Positions 45,501 through 54,758 of a DNA stretch of 64,000 nt are shown in pieces (the stretch's first letter is position 1; each line of letters begins with the position of its first letter). The notes beneath the pieces were generated by a model. The model saw nothing but the letters and a program-made list of their open reading frames with translations, searched no databases and was not told where the DNA came from. Made by a program: the position numbers and the translations under genes. Source of the stretch: Epithemia pelagica (Eukaryota > Protista > Bacillariophyta); contig OX337229.1 in assembly GCA_946965045.2 (NCBI GenBank), positions 930,001 to 994,000 of the forward strand. The letters are read 5' to 3'.

Positions 45501-46969
45501 CTGGCTTGTCGGTTGATGAATACCACGCCGACTTGACATCAATGCGTCTTGTTGCCAACTCGTGGCCATTATGTGCCAGGGCTTCACTCTCTGCTTTTAG
45601 CTCCGTAGTTCGTAACGAGTCCATACCGCAGACGAAGAAGGATGAATGTTTCGATTGGATGAAATCTCTCGGGGCTCTTGTCTTACAGGGATCTAGCGAC
45701 AGTATTGAGCATATCAGTAATCACGTGACTCAGCCCAGGGGCACATTCTCCGTCAATAGCGATATTGTCGCAGTGGAGTGTTTGCATTCTCTTTCTTTGT
45801 TGCTCCGAGCCTCTGATATTCTACCTCCGGGATCCATTGATATAATTGAATTCGGTAACATCGCTGCGTTGTTACAAAAGAAGTTGCTCCAGCCACTTGT
45901 TACGACGAAGACATCGATGATAAAGAATGAAGATGTCGTCAAGCAGCTTTGTGAACTCATTCTTGATCTGAGTACGTTCTTAGCTCGTTTTCCTGACATT
46001 GACCATTTAAGGGAACTCTTCTCTCTTGTTCTCTGCCCTTTGAATATTCTTCAAAAGGGCCAGTTGACATCTGAAAGGGACCCTGTTATTGCCGACATTA
46101 TCAATGCATCGCAAAGTGGAACATCTCGCCTTGTCAAAGGTGGATGTATACCAGAGGGGCTGGTATTTTCCTTGATTGATTTCCTTTCGCGACAGATCCT
46201 GCACTCTAAGGATGATTTCGCAGTTCGTCTTCACCCTTCCGCCAAGTCACTACTTCTTGAATGCATGTCACATTCTGCCGTTTCAACGACTGATAAGAAG
46301 CATGTTATGATGCTGATGGCACAAGCGTCACAGTGGGACGTATGGGGAGTTATATACAGAGGAAACGAGGATATCGACGCGACTGAGAGCTTGATCACCT
46401 TGAAGATGTTGCTGGTAAATGCGAGGGAGACCTCTGCGCATACCTCTGCTTTGATGGCCCTGGGCACAGTGGTGAAAACTGCAAGTAACATTGATGTAGT
46501 CGGTCGAATTGTTGCCATGATTGGAGTCGAACTTCTTGGCCTTATGCATCACTACGGAACCTTGGCATCGACGCGGTTTGCTGAACCTCAAACTCGGCAC
46601 CAATGTTTTGCGGATTCGCTTAAAGTTGTCCTTGTCATCTACCAACAGCTTTTGAAAGAAAGCTTCCTCGCTGAATTTTTGTCAACTATATTTGAAACTT
46701 TTATTGCGGTCCTACGATTCAACGGCCTTCCAAACCACCCCTCACCACAAGAAAAGGGAGACGGTACCATGGGTCGCCTTGTTGCCCAGTCTGTTCTTCA
46801 TATTGCAAGAACATCACCGGAGACCTTCAAGGCATCAATGGGATCCCTGAACGACCAAGATCGGGCAATCCTGGAGTTTGCTGTGCGAGGAGAAATGACA
46901 GGATATGCCACGGTACATGGTCAAGCTCCTGCAAAGAAGAAGCTTAACCTCAAGAGCTTCAAGAAATAA
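39599..46969 (+). CDS. HEATR5: HEAT repeat-containing protein 5 (HEATR5/Laa1/SWEETIE-like), single exon, 2456 aa
   Basis: HEAT-repeat helical pattern; SGVRHEAAVAC; SAKIRLVDAAVQAFA; SVRRAAAEGLALLA; VRAFALQSF; ends LNLKSFKK. Confidence 0.85.
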   Translation: MSGTVKTLAPKSLASASSSANDEKEEEMFPSSVEEAGALLGMAITQLTMASSSSSSASSSLAPPAGMHSSFRVLRPVSNAQLLMRLYELRALLRSTQSEGPLVAAPSILAVLIKLIGVSTNLAPAYLTGSVNPAAAASSLGSASALNASTPNDAAAAAAPRPATPPMLSHAIRHVWVDCVTLCHVRGAGLTGSTRIHTSQFIRQMLSLASQNPRTARAAGGVRVAALNVVEALLLVDETKEHEQQEETPRRINKSHRSTSQPLVLQTAPWALDMLQVCLKALRSAGNGEATYRQSALKLAIAVAVASRRAQMIRLQQQQGESVLSLSDLLVLKGALEEKALVEAVKILKQATQDKLPEVRLGAAQFAAHLAPLLLPKETSSSSSLSLVEETLTLAWRNLDDESAQIGHFWSQTVARIVVTLLQYHSQQQQGARGGGGGASGATSPTNRGTINTQTSTGSAATSSSSKGDESGSDVEITRSRPTTTSRVGSASAATVGGGAGGGGRVTLLSQATSLKRILLYLVDQFVKVGGELVATRMGGSFSTGGRNVRVGIGLVVSQLLQLRAYMGEEAHSLTLVELIQVLLGMVGGPDMEKQLRPPEGSTTTLGVGFPSVGSRNWSKADAGVARAVTCRVLRDGISQVSSEPSQLALLQDLVSFLPTTTTTTTPGGILLNAHQVQCVLVELSHLVVTLGEGITAKLPEIVAALKPCLEHVDSGVRHEAAVACHAVCVAHPHTGRDLVKTALIDVQMHHAKLMTMSSGSGDSAGEDERQKSPKMRMFRRKTKETTHDSVDASPSQRAIHGLSIMVAMLVREMPNGSGGLPEEISQTVASVGEILIASQFNEILAKSNRMAVCACVRGGFTMIASLMATGPKVISKHVPRVFSAWQKACNSAKVGGKLLAPQHDLICIDAVLYSVVVFLKYCSELLLAIPEALTQITVLLEEILPVLMSDGRLGSLPLSSNISTWLESARASLLESFAWLPAGSYPMVADSVFAFASENIQAAVYSEISCSILQDILCPEDSLLDTCSLARVKRDGQSGMARDLDQTVLLLTAEFSHHEEREAVLHLQDRLPIEYLDGKGKRFRRSFILASKCNINKPFQPPTPLHEVGMWRRPVDPSSSAKIRLVDAAVQAFAATFGLKGGREQQAAMNMLEALVPQYFAQITRTLNSSLTEQSKSKDENTPVANITAVLLLCLQSLPLHESTNDVPIGLGPPWMNKAKDILLALLPSSSNSVRRAAAEGLALLATLGVTEDAHFLQSTVLHSLDEVRQGNKPDGKPRAIALEPVSAARAGSLLTLACIQRTEFNVTQRQLERARGRAELSKNRQVVEIKDSQLPILQMMTRILPSIGNYGFTDFFEVRAFALQSFQVLLAYSCRLEKLNMDAVDRQLLRKAVEIIEENVCSAWIVASNDLDKGHESEKMGSECCFLAVVLRFMSFILPFLKLLKSEDNNVVCRFCVMARTIIERNGEHPAIAFEAMVFFEVMAREVHCLPSMSNHVVPAENPIYSMIPIVMEVLTPVRPKEHACTPVLFSYDVFRAAVFVLHAITNADISVTRVMNARFSGHLVAAFEFVAGCKCFMGTGLLRSMVVPRRVETSLTQSDESIGEVMKLVPRLILDEKPNPKSNYKFHLRSLLFAKALLSGVGSVEELEGETVFDKENVIRSALATSKSDAAAVYKIVGSPRWQSKTLGAQLASCCLREIISSEKESGVPKVESRHFNSSLASAWCEKQCQEAEALDGDIPDSLLAFHLQDLIASACMTSVASLDQSELFSVQESSLYFLSDIILSFCQIPDPEMPGSDVLHQYSQQIYSVVKHCLNSIDEIQTDGAFRVFLASCWTVSIVVKEKMTTEPSVLKRLMRPLIPPAEHLSFHSVTERRKEAVFEESGNYSNMIKKARVIFIGDLLYGQRAVDEQLFRGLSMELIKEPEAFAVESALVAFEGASLLHAWKLSLVGDDVPVVTTENDDETGLSVDEYHADLTSMRLVANSWPLCARASLSAFSSVVRNESIPQTKKDECFDWMKSLGALVLQGSSDSIEHISNHVTQPRGTFSVNSDIVAVECLHSLSLLLRASDILPPGSIDIIEFGNIAALLQKKLLQPLVTTKTSMIKNEDVVKQLCELILDLSTFLARFPDIDHLRELFSLVLCPLNILQKGQLTSERDPVIADIINASQSGTSRLVKGGCIPEGLVFSLIDFLSRQILHSKDDFAVRLHPSAKSLLLECMSHSAVSTTDKKHVMMLMAQASQWDVWGVIYRGNEDIDATESLITLKMLLVNARETSAHTSALMALGTVVKTASNIDVVGRIVAMIGVELLGLMHHYGTLASTRFAEPQTRHQCFADSLKVVLVIYQQLLKESFLAEFLSTIFETFIAVLRFNGLPNHPSPQEKGDGTMGRLVAQSVLHIARTSPETFKASMGSLNDQDRAILEFAVRGEMTGYATVHGQAPAKKKLNLKSFKK

Positions 46970-47023
46970 ACATCTACGTCAACATGACAGTTTCATGGTT
47001 TTAAAGTTGTAACAGTAATGAAT

Positions 47024-49273
47024 CTATAATAGGCCTTGTCGAGCCAAATCCTCATAGGTTGTACGGGAAAGAACATTTCCATGGGAATCTTCGTATTCTT
47101 CTTGCGTGGCGGCATCAAATTGGCTGGTTGCCAAGGTGCTTTGAAGCGTTTTCCACAAGGCTTTGGCATCATCAATTTTGGTAATTCCATGGAAATGCTT
47201 GGTATTGGGAATCCCCAAGCTTTTCATCCCCAAAGCATGTTTCGAGTCGGCGAAATGAAGCTCAAAATTGCGCCTCCCACGATAAGTCTCTCCTCCGCAA
47301 ATCTCGCATTCATAGTAATGATTTAGGCCATGTAGCTTGAATAGCCAGTATGGAATTGGCTTACCGTCCCAGTCCAATGGAACATTCTTGGGATTGTAAA
47401 TTGGAGTGTCGTCGTCATCTTCGTCTTCATCATCTTGTTCATCTTTATCATTGTCGGATCCGGTAGCTTTTTTCTTGCCAGGAAGCAGGCGTTGTCCATG
47501 GTAAAGTTCCTCTTCCATTTCGGTTTCTCGCTCCTGCAGTGTTTGCCCCTGTCGTCGTTCCATACGGCGTAGTGTGGCTTCCAAGGTAGGTTTCACTTGA
47601 TTTAACAGAGCAGTGACAACCGCTTCGCGTTGTGCCAAGTCAACTCGTTTTTCATGCTTGGTACCATGGGTTTGTGTTTCGACATTGGTCCCAGCACCCG
47701 TTTGGACTGTTGTAGTTGATTGGGCCAAAGCTGTCTGTTTGGCCAGGATTTTGCGGGGCCATTCCGATCGGTCCTTGTAGTCTTTGGTGATCATGAGTCG
47801 TTTTGCTCGATCCATGACCGTTCCACCACATTTTAAACCCAAACGTCCCAATTCCACTTTTAACCTATCTCCATCCACTGCTTCTACCAAGGCTTCTGCG
47901 GTTTCATACAAGGACAAGTCAATAGTTTGTATCGAGTCCGTCTTGTTCTCGTTCGGGTCCGCTACATTAGACGATGATGTAGTTCCAAGGACCCATGCCG
48001 CTTCGGCAGGTTTTGCTTCCCAGCCGGGAGCAAAGCCACCAGTTTCACTCCACTCTTTTGTAAAAGTCTTTTGTGCAGGCTCGATTATTTCTTTTGTAAC
48101 ATCCAGTAATGGCACGGTGCGCTCCAGATATCCAACCAGATAGTCTTGTAGCTGCAAGAGAAATCGGGCATAAATCTTTCGATGACGGAGTTTGATCTGC
48201 TCGGACGAGACAAATTGGTCCAATCCCTTTTGCAACAAGAGTTGCAAAAAGTCTGCATAGGTAAGGGGAGCAACCTGTGGCGCCGATTTGGAACCTTGCG
48301 TATCCTGCTGAGCAATTAAAAGTTGATGAATGGTTTCAATCCACTGAGGTTCTTCCAAATCCAAATATTTCCCCAAGAGTTCATTGGGTTGGAACCGAGT
48401 TTCCATCACAGTTGGAGACCACCAGGGACGAGCGACAGATGCCAGATCAAAACCCTGTGAGACCATTCGTGCACGCTTTTGGGCACGTATCAAATAGGAT
48501 TGCCGCATTTTATCGTCTTGCTCGGAATTCATTTCGTCCATGGTTGCTATCGCTATTGTATTGCTGTCATCGAACCGAGCATGATAGGTTTTCAATTCTT
48601 TTACTCGTTCGTCAAAGTACGACAGCCAAGCCTCGGGTGCAACTCGCTTTGCCATTTGGCGACACTTCGACAAGCTAGAGGATTCAGTGATTTCAGTGCT
48701 GTTCTCTGCTGATGAGAGTGCACCAGATGATTCTTGTTTCTGTTGTTGTTGCTCCAGGGTTTGTGATTGTACAATTTCAGATGCCAAACTCGATGCTCGT
48801 TGCAACGACTTTGATAATACACTTGTATACGCGGCTTGCCCCCACTGCCCCGGTGGGGGAAACGACTCCTTGGCCGATGGTGCTTTGGAAAGAGGAGGAT
48901 TACCAGTGCTGGTCGATGATTGGACCATGATCTCGTCCACAACCTCCTGGACTGGTAAAGGTACATGTTCTTCTTCGGCGGCTTCAGCCACACCATCTCC
49001 CTCTGCATTCCCTGATCCACTAGATCGAACGACGGATGATGAAGACGACAATGTTATGAAATGCGATCCCAAATACAGGAGACCCTCCAGTTCGGCATGT
49101 TGACAGCGAGCTTGTTCCAATCTGCGACATGCTTGATCAAGAGAAGTCCGAACTATTGAGACGTCGCCGTTTGAGTCGTTACCCTTGTTCCCAAAGTTTC
49201 CAGAATCATTCGTTACCGGAGGAGGAGGTGGTGGTGGCGGCGGCGGCAGAGGAGGAGGAGGAGGAGGGACCAT
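47024..49273 (-). CDS. SF3A3: Splicing factor 3A subunit 3 (SF3a60/Prp9)
   Basis: ELLGKYLDL; SAP-like LKVELGRLGLKCGGTVMDRAKRL; IYNPKNVPLDWDGKPIPYWLFKLHGL; zinc finger CEICGGETYRGRRNFELHF...H; EEYEDSHGNV. Confidence 0.95.
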   Translation of the reverse strand: MVPPPPPPLPPPPPPPPPPVTNDSGNFGNKGNDSNGDVSIVRTSLDQACRRLEQARCQHAELEGLLYLGSHFITLSSSSSVVRSSGSGNAEGDGVAEAAEEEHVPLPVQEVVDEIMVQSSTSTGNPPLSKAPSAKESFPPPGQWGQAAYTSVLSKSLQRASSLASEIVQSQTLEQQQQKQESSGALSSAENSTEITESSSLSKCRQMAKRVAPEAWLSYFDERVKELKTYHARFDDSNTIAIATMDEMNSEQDDKMRQSYLIRAQKRARMVSQGFDLASVARPWWSPTVMETRFQPNELLGKYLDLEEPQWIETIHQLLIAQQDTQGSKSAPQVAPLTYADFLQLLLQKGLDQFVSSEQIKLRHRKIYARFLLQLQDYLVGYLERTVPLLDVTKEIIEPAQKTFTKEWSETGGFAPGWEAKPAEAAWVLGTTSSSNVADPNENKTDSIQTIDLSLYETAEALVEAVDGDRLKVELGRLGLKCGGTVMDRAKRLMITKDYKDRSEWPRKILAKQTALAQSTTTVQTGAGTNVETQTHGTKHEKRVDLAQREAVVTALLNQVKPTLEATLRRMERRQGQTLQERETEMEEELYHGQRLLPGKKKATGSDNDKDEQDDEDEDDDDTPIYNPKNVPLDWDGKPIPYWLFKLHGLNHYYECEICGGETYRGRRNFELHFADSKHALGMKSLGIPNTKHFHGITKIDDAKALWKTLQSTLATSQFDAATQEEYEDSHGNVLSRTTYEDLARQGLL

Positions 49274-49753
49274 GGTCTTTTCTATATATCACAGTTCCGT
49301 ATTGTGCTTGGTGCAACTGTACGCAGAATAGAGAGCGACGCACCGACCGACAACCCAAGCACTATTCCATGATGACGAAACGCGACCACCTTCGCTATCA
49401 TCGCATAGATTTTAATCGTACTCCGTACTCCGTACTCCTAATTTCTTAAGGAGTAATCCTATCTATTTCACCTTTGTAGAAGGGAAACCCATACTCTAGA
49501 CAAAGCAAGAGGAGGGTAATGCTTAAACTTCGGAGTGTAGGGCCGACCAAAAACCCACGTATTTTTCATGAGTTTAATGGACCATTCACTTCCCAACAAG
49601 GATCCATGTTTGCTCGACGTTGGAGATACTAGCCATGTGGTGTGTCGTTATCTGTCCAAAGACGTTAGTCGTTTATATAAGCTTTCTTCATCCCTGTCGT
49701 CTTTCGCTTCTATTTCGTCGATGGACATTGTTTTCACAAACAATTTTGTGTTT

Positions 49754-51481
49754 CTACTCCATTATAGCATAAATTGATTGCTTGCGCTTCCTCCATTGGC
49801 CCGCAAGCCACGATTCCAACACGGTTGGAGGTAGTGCGTACTTGCCCGCCAGATCCAGTATATATTTATGCAAGAAGACCCCCGTTGGATCCGTAATATC
49901 ATCGTCATTGGTAAACACACTGGACGTACCCTCATCCAGCCATTGATCCAGCCATTCATCCAACGCTTCGTTGTAACCCCCTATCGCATCAATCATCCAC
50001 GGTAGCCACGAATGAGCCACTGTTTTGGTCAATGGCCGATCGAATATCTGCCTCCAGGTGAATTGAAACTCCTTGTCGTAAACAGCACCTCCCGCTTCCG
50101 CGAGATGGTCCCTATTTTCCCACCAACGGGTTTCCATAGTATGATCCTCCTCAATCACGGCATCCAAAATGATTCGGTTCGTGTCAACGCCTTGTTGAGC
50201 CAGACTCTCCAAAAGCGCATGATTTAAATCTTCGTTTCGTTCCAGGGCAAAGAGACCTGCTTGCACAATCGATTCAACTTGCTGCCGCTCCACACAGTCA
50301 CTATCGTTGCTTTCATCATCCACCCTTGGATCCTCGTGTTGGCGTTCCTCATGGTCCCGCACTTGACGATCCCATGAGTCTCGGATTTGCCCCGTCGCTC
50401 GATTGTACCACTCTTCCGTCAAGGCAACCTGAAAATCGGACCATGATTGCTGCCATTCGGGCAACACAACTGGACATTTAGATGGATCATGTGCCTGTAA
50501 CATCATGTTTCGGAGGCCGTCAATCTTTTCCATGAGATACTCTTCTGTGAGGATAGTTTGGTCATCCACAATCGCGGTTTCAGTTTCATTTTCGTCCTCT
50601 TCGACAAGCTCATTTGGGTCGAGTTCACAGCCTTCCAAACGTTCGGGACAGGCCACGGGCGAAGATGTCATGGCTGGGTACCTGTTGTTGTTTGGTCGGA
50701 GACTTTCGGTTAATTCTTTCCAGGATACTGTGTCGGCATTTTCAATCTGGTACTGCAAAGAATCCAAGAGCCTTTGAAAATGATGGTGGACATCGTCATT
50801 TGTTTGGTAACGTGATAAAGTAGAAACACGAGACAATGATTGTTGGAATCGGTCCGCTGCCAGAGAATTTGTCCCCTTACCCACTTGTTTCTGTCGGTAT
50901 TCTTCCCCCCATTGATGAATTTTGGACTCGACCACTTGCCATATGTTGTCTTCTGCCGAGTCGGTACGTTGTTGCAACTCTTGTCGTGTCTGTTCCACAT
51001 GACGCAGCGCTTCTTCCAAAGGTCCCAATTGCTCCTTCATCCATTCCAACTCTTGTTTGTGAATCTCCATTGAAGAATCTCGTTCTTGAATGAATTGGCG
51101 CAGTTCTTGTCGACGCTCATTGGATAGTGGCTCCACCGCTTCGGGAAAGGGATCCGTGTTGACGGCAACCAGCTCAAGTTCCTCTAAAGGCTCTTCGGCC
51201 AAGAGCAAGGCCAATTCCTCTTCGTTCAAGTCCATGACCCAGGCCGGTAAGTCGTCGAGGCCTGCCTCCGAGGAAGAATCCGATCCCCGACCATCCGTCT
51301 CAGCAACGCCCAAGGGTGTGGTGGTAGACACGTTGGAGGATGAATTTTGCGTATCGTCTAATGGATACGAACCATCGGTGGCATTCACATTAAAATACGT
51401 AAAGAACAGGGTAATTGCTGCATAAGAAATGATCCATACCAACAAGGCTCGGCCAATGGCACCGGAGATAGTCTGTGCCAT
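49754..51481 (-). CDS. Hypothetical membrane-anchored acidic coiled-coil protein
   Basis: Long clean ORF with ATG at 51481, N-terminal TM (ALLVWIISYAAITLFFTYF) and heptad-like segments. No family recognised. Confidence 0.7.
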   Translation of the reverse strand: MAQTISGAIGRALLVWIISYAAITLFFTYFNVNATDGSYPLDDTQNSSSNVSTTTPLGVAETDGRGSDSSSEAGLDDLPAWVMDLNEEELALLLAEEPLEELELVAVNTDPFPEAVEPLSNERRQELRQFIQERDSSMEIHKQELEWMKEQLGPLEEALRHVEQTRQELQQRTDSAEDNIWQVVESKIHQWGEEYRQKQVGKGTNSLAADRFQQSLSRVSTLSRYQTNDDVHHHFQRLLDSLQYQIENADTVSWKELTESLRPNNNRYPAMTSSPVACPERLEGCELDPNELVEEDENETETAIVDDQTILTEEYLMEKIDGLRNMMLQAHDPSKCPVVLPEWQQSWSDFQVALTEEWYNRATGQIRDSWDRQVRDHEERQHEDPRVDDESNDSDCVERQQVESIVQAGLFALERNEDLNHALLESLAQQGVDTNRIILDAVIEEDHTMETRWWENRDHLAEAGGAVYDKEFQFTWRQIFDRPLTKTVAHSWLPWMIDAIGGYNEALDEWLDQWLDEGTSSVFTNDDDITDPTGVFLHKYILDLAGKYALPPTVLESWLAGQWRKRKQSIYAIME

Positions 51482-51971
51482 GGTGGAAATGATGATATGC
51501 GACGGAGAATGGGGGTAGACCACATGAAAAAAATTTGAAATGTGTGGGGTCGCCGCAAAGTCATTTGGAGGTCGCTCTTATGGGGCACGGGACTCATTGG
51601 CGACGAAGAAGGTCCGGGATCGACGACTCATTCGTTTGACACGTGGGTGTTTTTTCGCCTTTGGTGATTGTTGGCATCATGTTTTCTGCGATGAGCCAAA
51701 CAGACCATTTGGCGGGTGTTTGTCTGTGTTGGCTGCGCCAGGGCACAAGTTGCCCACATTGCTTCTCTCATCAACAAACAGAACTTTGTGCTGACGACAG
51801 CCTCATCCGAGAGTTCAAGAAGTACAGCAGTCAAGTACCTTCTTACTGCGTATCACAAAACATGTCTGATGCGAGCACGAACGAACCACCAAGGTTGAGT
51901 GTTTACAGGGCTATATAGCCTGACATTGCACAAGGAGAGTCAACACTCTGTTCGTACCGTTCTCGTTGACC

Positions 51972-53409
51972 ATGAGACAGAGTCGATATCACGACATCTC
52001 CACCAGTAGAATAGCTGTAGTAGCACTCTCACTTTCGTGCGTGTTGTTGAGTTGCAATGCGTTCCACACTAGCATCACACGGGCACCACCGTTCGTTCCT
52101 TTTTCGCACGTGAGACAGGCATCTCGCACTCCACAAGTATACAAGGCTTACATTGGCGATGGGAACGATGCACTGGAAGGGAATTTGTTGGACGCTTCGC
52201 AGGTGACACCCGTTTCCGAAGAGCCTGGATTCTTACCGTTTGAAAACCCCCAACAGAGCTGGACAGTCCAGTTGATGGAGGAACCCTCATTGATAGCAGG
52301 ACGAGTGCTGGTGATTGCAGCGGCGGCAATCTATGGAACCAACTTTGCTTCAATCAAAATGTTGAACGAGATCTTGCCCACTGGAGTTTCCGCGGTGGCC
52401 CGCTTTGGCTTGGCAGCAGTCCTTGTCTCTGCTCTTGTTCTACAAACAGAAGGCCCTGCGACCTCCCTCAAGATACAAGAAGAACGGCGTCAAGCCACAG
52501 TTATGGGATTGGAGATTGGTGGGTGGTATTCAGTGGCCTACCTTGCCCAGGCCGCTGGACTCATGACTGTTGATGCAAGTAAGGTAAGGACAATGCGGAG
52601 CTGGCACTTGACCTGTTATTTGACAGCTGTGTTCTCTCACCTTCATGATGTCTCTTCTCTTGGGTTAGAGTGCCTTCTTTAACGCGTTGGCTGTGGTTGT
52701 TGTGCCACTCCTCGACTCGTTCTTCAAGGGCAAGAAGATCAGTTCCAGCATGATGGGAGCAATCTCTCTTGCCATTGCCGGAGTGGGACTTTTGCAGCTG
52801 GGACCAAGTTCGTCCGAGGTTGTGACCTCCGCCGCTAGCAGTGGCTTTAGCGTATCCACAGGGGACATTCTCTCCTTCTGCCAAGCCTTGTTCTTTGGTA
52901 TTGGCTACTGGAGACTCGAGACAGCCGCCAACAAGTTCTCTAATCAGGCATCGCGAATCACGGTTGGACAACTGATTGGTGTGGCGATAGGATCCGTTCT
53001 CTACTGTGTGGGGAGCGGGCAAGTGCCGGATATGTCGTCTGTGATGAACTGGGTGACCGATCCCTTTGTCTTGGAGAGCGTTGCATGGACCGGTCTCGTC
53101 TCTACCGCCCTTGCCCTTTATCTAGAGACTGTCGCATTAAAGGTTGTTTCGGCAACTGAGTTAACTGTCCTCATGACCAGCGTGTCTGTCTGGGGATCAG
53201 CATTTGCCTATGTTACCATGGGAGAGGTCTTGCCTCCGATTGGCATGGTTGGTGGTGCGCTCATAATGTCAAGCTGCATCTTGAGCGCCACGTCCTCGGA
53301 AAATAAAGATGGTGGTGCGTTTCTTGCAGGGAGCTCTTCCTTTCTCTCCGCTGCTGCGGAGTATTCTCCCCCAACTCCTGAACAGTTCGAGTACTTGAAG
53401 ATTCAATAG
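51972..53409 (+). CDS. EamA/DMT-family transporter, probably plastid-targeted (exons 51972-52583, 52669-53409)
   Basis: Signal peptide ending CNA|FHT; AAAIYGTNFASIK, ARFGLAA, GLMTVDASK/SAFF, WTGLVSTALALYLE; two 5-TM repeats. Confidence 0.88.
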
Positions 53410-53957
53410 GTGGCACTTGAGGCCCGTACACCCTCAGCTACTTCGTCGAAATGGAAGCGGTATGACTATAACCTGTACAAATAGTGTTGATAACTGTATA
53501 TGATTAAAACGCCTGTGACTGTGATAGATCACATGATATCCCTCTTGGGGTCATGAAGCGAAAAGAGCAGACATACGGAATAACTTCTTCGAACAGCTCC
53601 ATGGGATGATATCCTCCTCTCAAGCCATGCAGGGAAATTTCCGTTCATGACTAATTGATCACATCCTATCGTCCCGTTTGCTTTCAGCGTACCAAGAACA
53701 TATAAATACATGGACCAGCTCTGTTTCATGGGTTCTCCAAATCAGTGCTTTTAGCATCAATGAACATTTTGCTACGAAAGAAATGAGAGAGGAGCAGTAA
53801 GGATTGTATAATATTTCTAAATTAATTGTACAACAAAAGAGAGCACCGACAAAACGAGAAACATACATTTCTCTTCCCAGAACCAGTGTCTTCATTTTTA
53901 CAAGTTTGTGCAAATCATCGATTTCGTCACAGCAAAATCACATTGAGCAATATGGCT

Positions 53958-54758
53958 CTAAAATCTGTCACAGATCAAGGACTTGGCCAACCTGCTTCGT
54001 TTCGATGTCTCGGTTCTGTGCGCATCGGTCTTGTCCATACTATTCTTTCCAATCTTGACGCGTTGCTCTCGAGAGTCGACCAGATTTGGCCAATGAAAAT
54101 CAAGAAAATCTTTTGCAATCGCTGTTGCGACCATGCCATCATCCCCATACTGCTCCTTACTAGCACGATGTTCTTTTTTCGATGTTGGTACAGAGTATAT
54201 CGGTGCACGGCCCCATTCGTCTTCACCACTCGTCCAATGTCTTCCGTTCCATAAACAAATGGGTTGCTTACCCATTCCTGCCCCTTCTTGTATGACTTGA
54301 TCTAATACATGTAGAACTTTGCCACACGACGCTCCACACCAACCTTCCTTTTGTACAGGCCAGCTAACAACCATACCTAGAGTGTTGTATCTCTGGACAA
54401 TGTTGGAAATTTCTGCAACAACTTCTGACTTCAACACTTTCTGGTTCTTTTTGACCTCAATCTTTAGTGGAATCGATGGCAGTGGTTGAATGGGGTTACC
54501 ATCGTAATCTGGGTGGCATGTAGCCGCAAGATCAATTTTTGATTGTCCGACATGAACGGACAAGATGTAACCAGACTGTTTCCGCCAGTCCAGCGATTGA
54601 GCAAGCTTGCTGGGAGCAACAAGACTCCGCGGGACACATCTGATCGAAAAGAGTCGATCACAAATAATGTGTGAGGTTAAAAGATCCGGTCCAACAGTTG
54701 GCCAGTTCGCATTTAAGCAAAGACTTCCACAGCCACGAAAGTGACTCGTCCCAAACAA
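53958..54758 (-). CDS. YqgF/RuvX-like RNase H-fold protein, apparently degenerate; 5' structure uncertain
   Basis: ILSVHVGQSKIDLA, GMVVSWP, ASCGKVLHVLDQV and ICLWN parallel the YqgF LxLDxG, VVGLP and xxDER positions. No ATG near the ORF start, so an upstream exon is likely. Confidence 0.5.
   Translation of the reverse strand: MFGTSHFRGCGSLCLNANWPTVGPDLLTSHIICDRLFSIRCVPRSLVAPSKLAQSLDWRKQSGYILSVHVGQSKIDLAATCHPDYDGNPIQPLPSIPLKIEVKKNQKVLKSEVVAEISNIVQRYNTLGMVVSWPVQKEGWCGASCGKVLHVLDQVIQEGAGMGKQPICLWNGRHWTSGEDEWGRAPIYSVPTSKKEHRASKEQYGDDGMVATAIAKDFLDFHWPNLVDSREQRVKIGKNSMDKTDAHRTETSKRSRLAKSLICDRF

Noticed and set aside
117-49449. Many long antisense or alternate-frame ORFs (e.g. 117-734, 744-1883, 6604-7314, 12430-13164, 19944-21470, 29191-29922)
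   Set aside because: They shadow genuine genes on the opposite strand, translate low-complexity codon repeats (poly-V/poly-T) and have no motifs.
6652-53409. Apparent concentration of transporters and channels (ZIP, channel, CLC, Fluc, EamA) as an ion-homeostasis island
   Set aside because: They are spread over ~47 kb among unrelated housekeeping genes; expected by chance in a compact genome.
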